A stretch of DNA of 27,816 nucleotides from an uncultured Desulfobacterales bacterium (lineage in GTDB: Bacteria; Desulfobacterota; Dissulfuribacteria; Dissulfuribacterales; QOAL01). Location of the stretch: positions 1 to 27,816 of the forward strand of contig CAYMRT010000178.1 of the NCBI GenBank assembly GCA_964392885.1, in the 5' to 3' direction. The notes below the pieces were generated by a model, which saw only the letters and a list, made by a program, of their open reading frames with translations, was not told the DNA's origin and did no database searches. Position numbers and translations under genes: made by a program. Positions 25,977 through 27,816 of the stretch are shown piece after piece; position 1 is the stretch's first letter, and each line of letters starts with the position of its first letter.

Positions 25977-27815
25977 CTAGAAGCTATAGCTTATATACCC
26001 CATAAACAATGAGGTGGTTGAACCCTGATCGCCATATACATAAGGCTCATTGTCATCAAAATAATAAAGGGTGTAATTTAAGGTTAAGCCTAAACCATTA
26101 GACATCCTATAGGTTGTTCCAATATTAAAGTCAAGCTGTTTGTACTCAAGATCTGAGTACTTATCGATAGAATTTAGATAAGCCACATCGTAAAGATGAG
26201 GCATATCTGGATTTACTGCTGAGACATCAAGATCTAACTTGGCATCGCCGGTTGGATACATGCTGTCAAAATTCAACTCGCTAATATTTCCACGGCCAAT
26301 AGTAAATGCCAAATCAGTTGTAAAGCTCCAATTTGGTAAAATAAAATAGGAGATGTTTGCGTTGATGGTATGAGCCTCTGTCCTATAATCCATATCGGTA
26401 TGTTCGGAACCAAACTGGTCCGTTGTAATGAAGTTGCCTCACCCATCGTAGATGGCTATACAATACTGTGACTCGTATTTGTCATACATATATGTATAGC
26501 CAGCACTTACAACTAAGTCTTTAATAGGCGTAAGAGTTCCACTAAAACCAGCAACTATAAAGTCTTGCTGCCAATCGCGTCCATCCACATCATCATTTTG
26601 AGCATATTTATATTTTATGAAAAAGCTAGTATTTAACATGTGGAGTGGATGCCAATGGCTCTTGAGTTGAATCTCATGAACTTGACTCGGTAAATTTGAA
26701 CGAGCAGCAGTTCTTGCCCCATAAATTGCGGGTTCATAAGCTCTTTCAGTTACATAAAGGCCTGCAGGGAGTCCTGCATATTCACCATAACTACCATCTG
26801 GAGTACACTCAGCCTCATAAAGCATGTAAGGATCATCTATATACTCAAATTTATAATCAAAGTCGAATTTGAGATTATGATTTACACGCCAATCTGTATT
26901 AAGGCTAAATATGTGCTCTTTGGTTGATTCGGTAACATTGTGATGTTTATAGTTATCTCTCTTTTCACGCTTAAACTCATATCCAGCAGCAAGCTTTAGC
27001 CCTCTCATTATACGCCATGTTATATCTGCACCAATTTCATAGGTATTGCTGTCATAACCAGAGTAGCGAGTTTCTTCTTCTTCAAAATAAGACCAACCGC
27101 TCTTGGAAATATAACCCTCAGACAGGGTTACTCCGCCACCAGGGGCTCCTGAAGGATTATTTCTTACATTCTTTTTAATATCGACATTGTCATTGTCTAG
27201 CTCTTGATATTTTCCAAAAATATTAATGGAAATCGCCTTAGTAATTCTGCTATGAAAGCGGGCATTAAAAATGCTGCTGTCAAGGTCAAGCTCTTCTCCA
27301 TATTTGCCAGCAAGTATGTCATAAGGATCATCAACAGATTTATTAGTAGCCTCAGAAAACACATAGTTGGCTACGAAGGTATTGTTGGCGTTAATATCCC
27401 AACGGAACTTACCCTTATAAGTATCTTTAGTTGAGTCAGGGGTGCGGCTATAAGGCAACTCACCAGTAGTGCGATCGTACTGGAGCCTGTTTAAAAACAA
27501 CCCTTTTCCTTTTAAACCGTTATAGACGTTTGTTAAGTCTTCATTGTCTGCTTCAAATTCCCTGTGCATATAGGCAAATTCAAAGGCCATTGTGCCAACT
27601 CTTAAACTCAGCTTTGGAGAAAGATCATTGGTCTTTTCATTAATTTCCTGGGCCCTAGACACTATATGACATGCCAAACACTTGCTGTTTGTCATTGCCT
27701 GCTTATGGCCCTTTCTCTGCTCATATCTATGATTAAAGCTAAATTTAAGTTCGGGAATTTGTGGAATATTTACCTTAAACTCCTGATTCAAAAGGGATCT
27801 TTTTATCTCAAACAT
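25977..27815 (-). CDS. MtrB/PioB-like outer-membrane beta-barrel with CxxCH motif and in-frame UGA (putative selenocysteine); GSU2204-family-like; probably 5'-truncated
   Basis: ORF 26439..27815 ends in TGA (26441-26439). The same frame stays open for 15 codons (GNFITTDQFGSEHTD) into ORF 25977..26393, which ends in the barrel beta-signal GYISYSF. CLACH at 27666-27680. The family name is recalled from NCBIfam, not searched. Confidence 0.8.
26405..26422 (-). promoter_or_regulatory. Putative bacterial SECIS element
   Basis: mRNA reads UGA, 16 nt, then CGGA-CCA-GUU-UGG-U-UCCG: a stem with a bulged U and an apical loop starting with G, 23 nt from the UGA. Confidence 0.7.
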
Positions 27816-27816
27816 T

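Noticed and set aside
26439-26441. Nonsense mutation/pseudogene interpretation of the barrel gene
   Set aside because: The stop is specifically UGA, the frame is intact on both sides, and a SECIS-like hairpin and a nearby Cys are present. Recoding explains all of this better, though it is not proven.
1-27816. CRISPR arrays, IS elements, integrases, tRNA/rRNA, known riboswitches
   Set aside because: No regularly spaced direct repeats, transposase or integrase motifs, cloverleafs or recognisable riboswitch consensus were seen by eye; an Infernal/tRNAscan run would be needed to exclude them formally.

Overview
AT-rich bacterial chromosome window (GC roughly 35-40% by eye). The gene content points to an anaerobic Desulfobacterota/deltaproteobacterium (inference). 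No mobile element, CRISPR array, rRNA or tRNA is visible. In order: a 5'-truncated hypothetical gene, a YkgJ-family Cys-cluster gene and a stand-alone Lrp/AsnC ligand-binding domain; a minus-strand AHL-lactonase-like MBL-lolA-nadA unit; a DAHP synthase-GATase-membrane protein-glycine-zipper lipoprotein unit; an RND efflux operon whose TolC-like channel is fused to an ABC substrate-binding-type domain; nhaA, a K+ channel and two pqiA genes; then the minus-strand run outer-membrane barrel, GGDEF cyclase, EHD-like dynamin, yebC-ruvC-ruvA-ruvB and a LonC-like protease. Three features stand out. (1) The two last 'ORFs' are one in-frame gene interrupted by a UGA that is followed by a bacterial SECIS-like hairpin, which indicates a selenocysteine- and CxxCH-containing MtrB/PioB-like beta-barrel. 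(2) An unannotated ~100-nt promoter-plus-terminator unit has a 57-nt C-rich loop carrying an anti-Shine-Dalgarno mimic, making it a candidate sRNA. (3) A bacterial GTPase closely resembles the eukaryotic EHD G-domain but carries a transmembrane hairpin. All family assignments are from motif recognition by eye; no database search was run.
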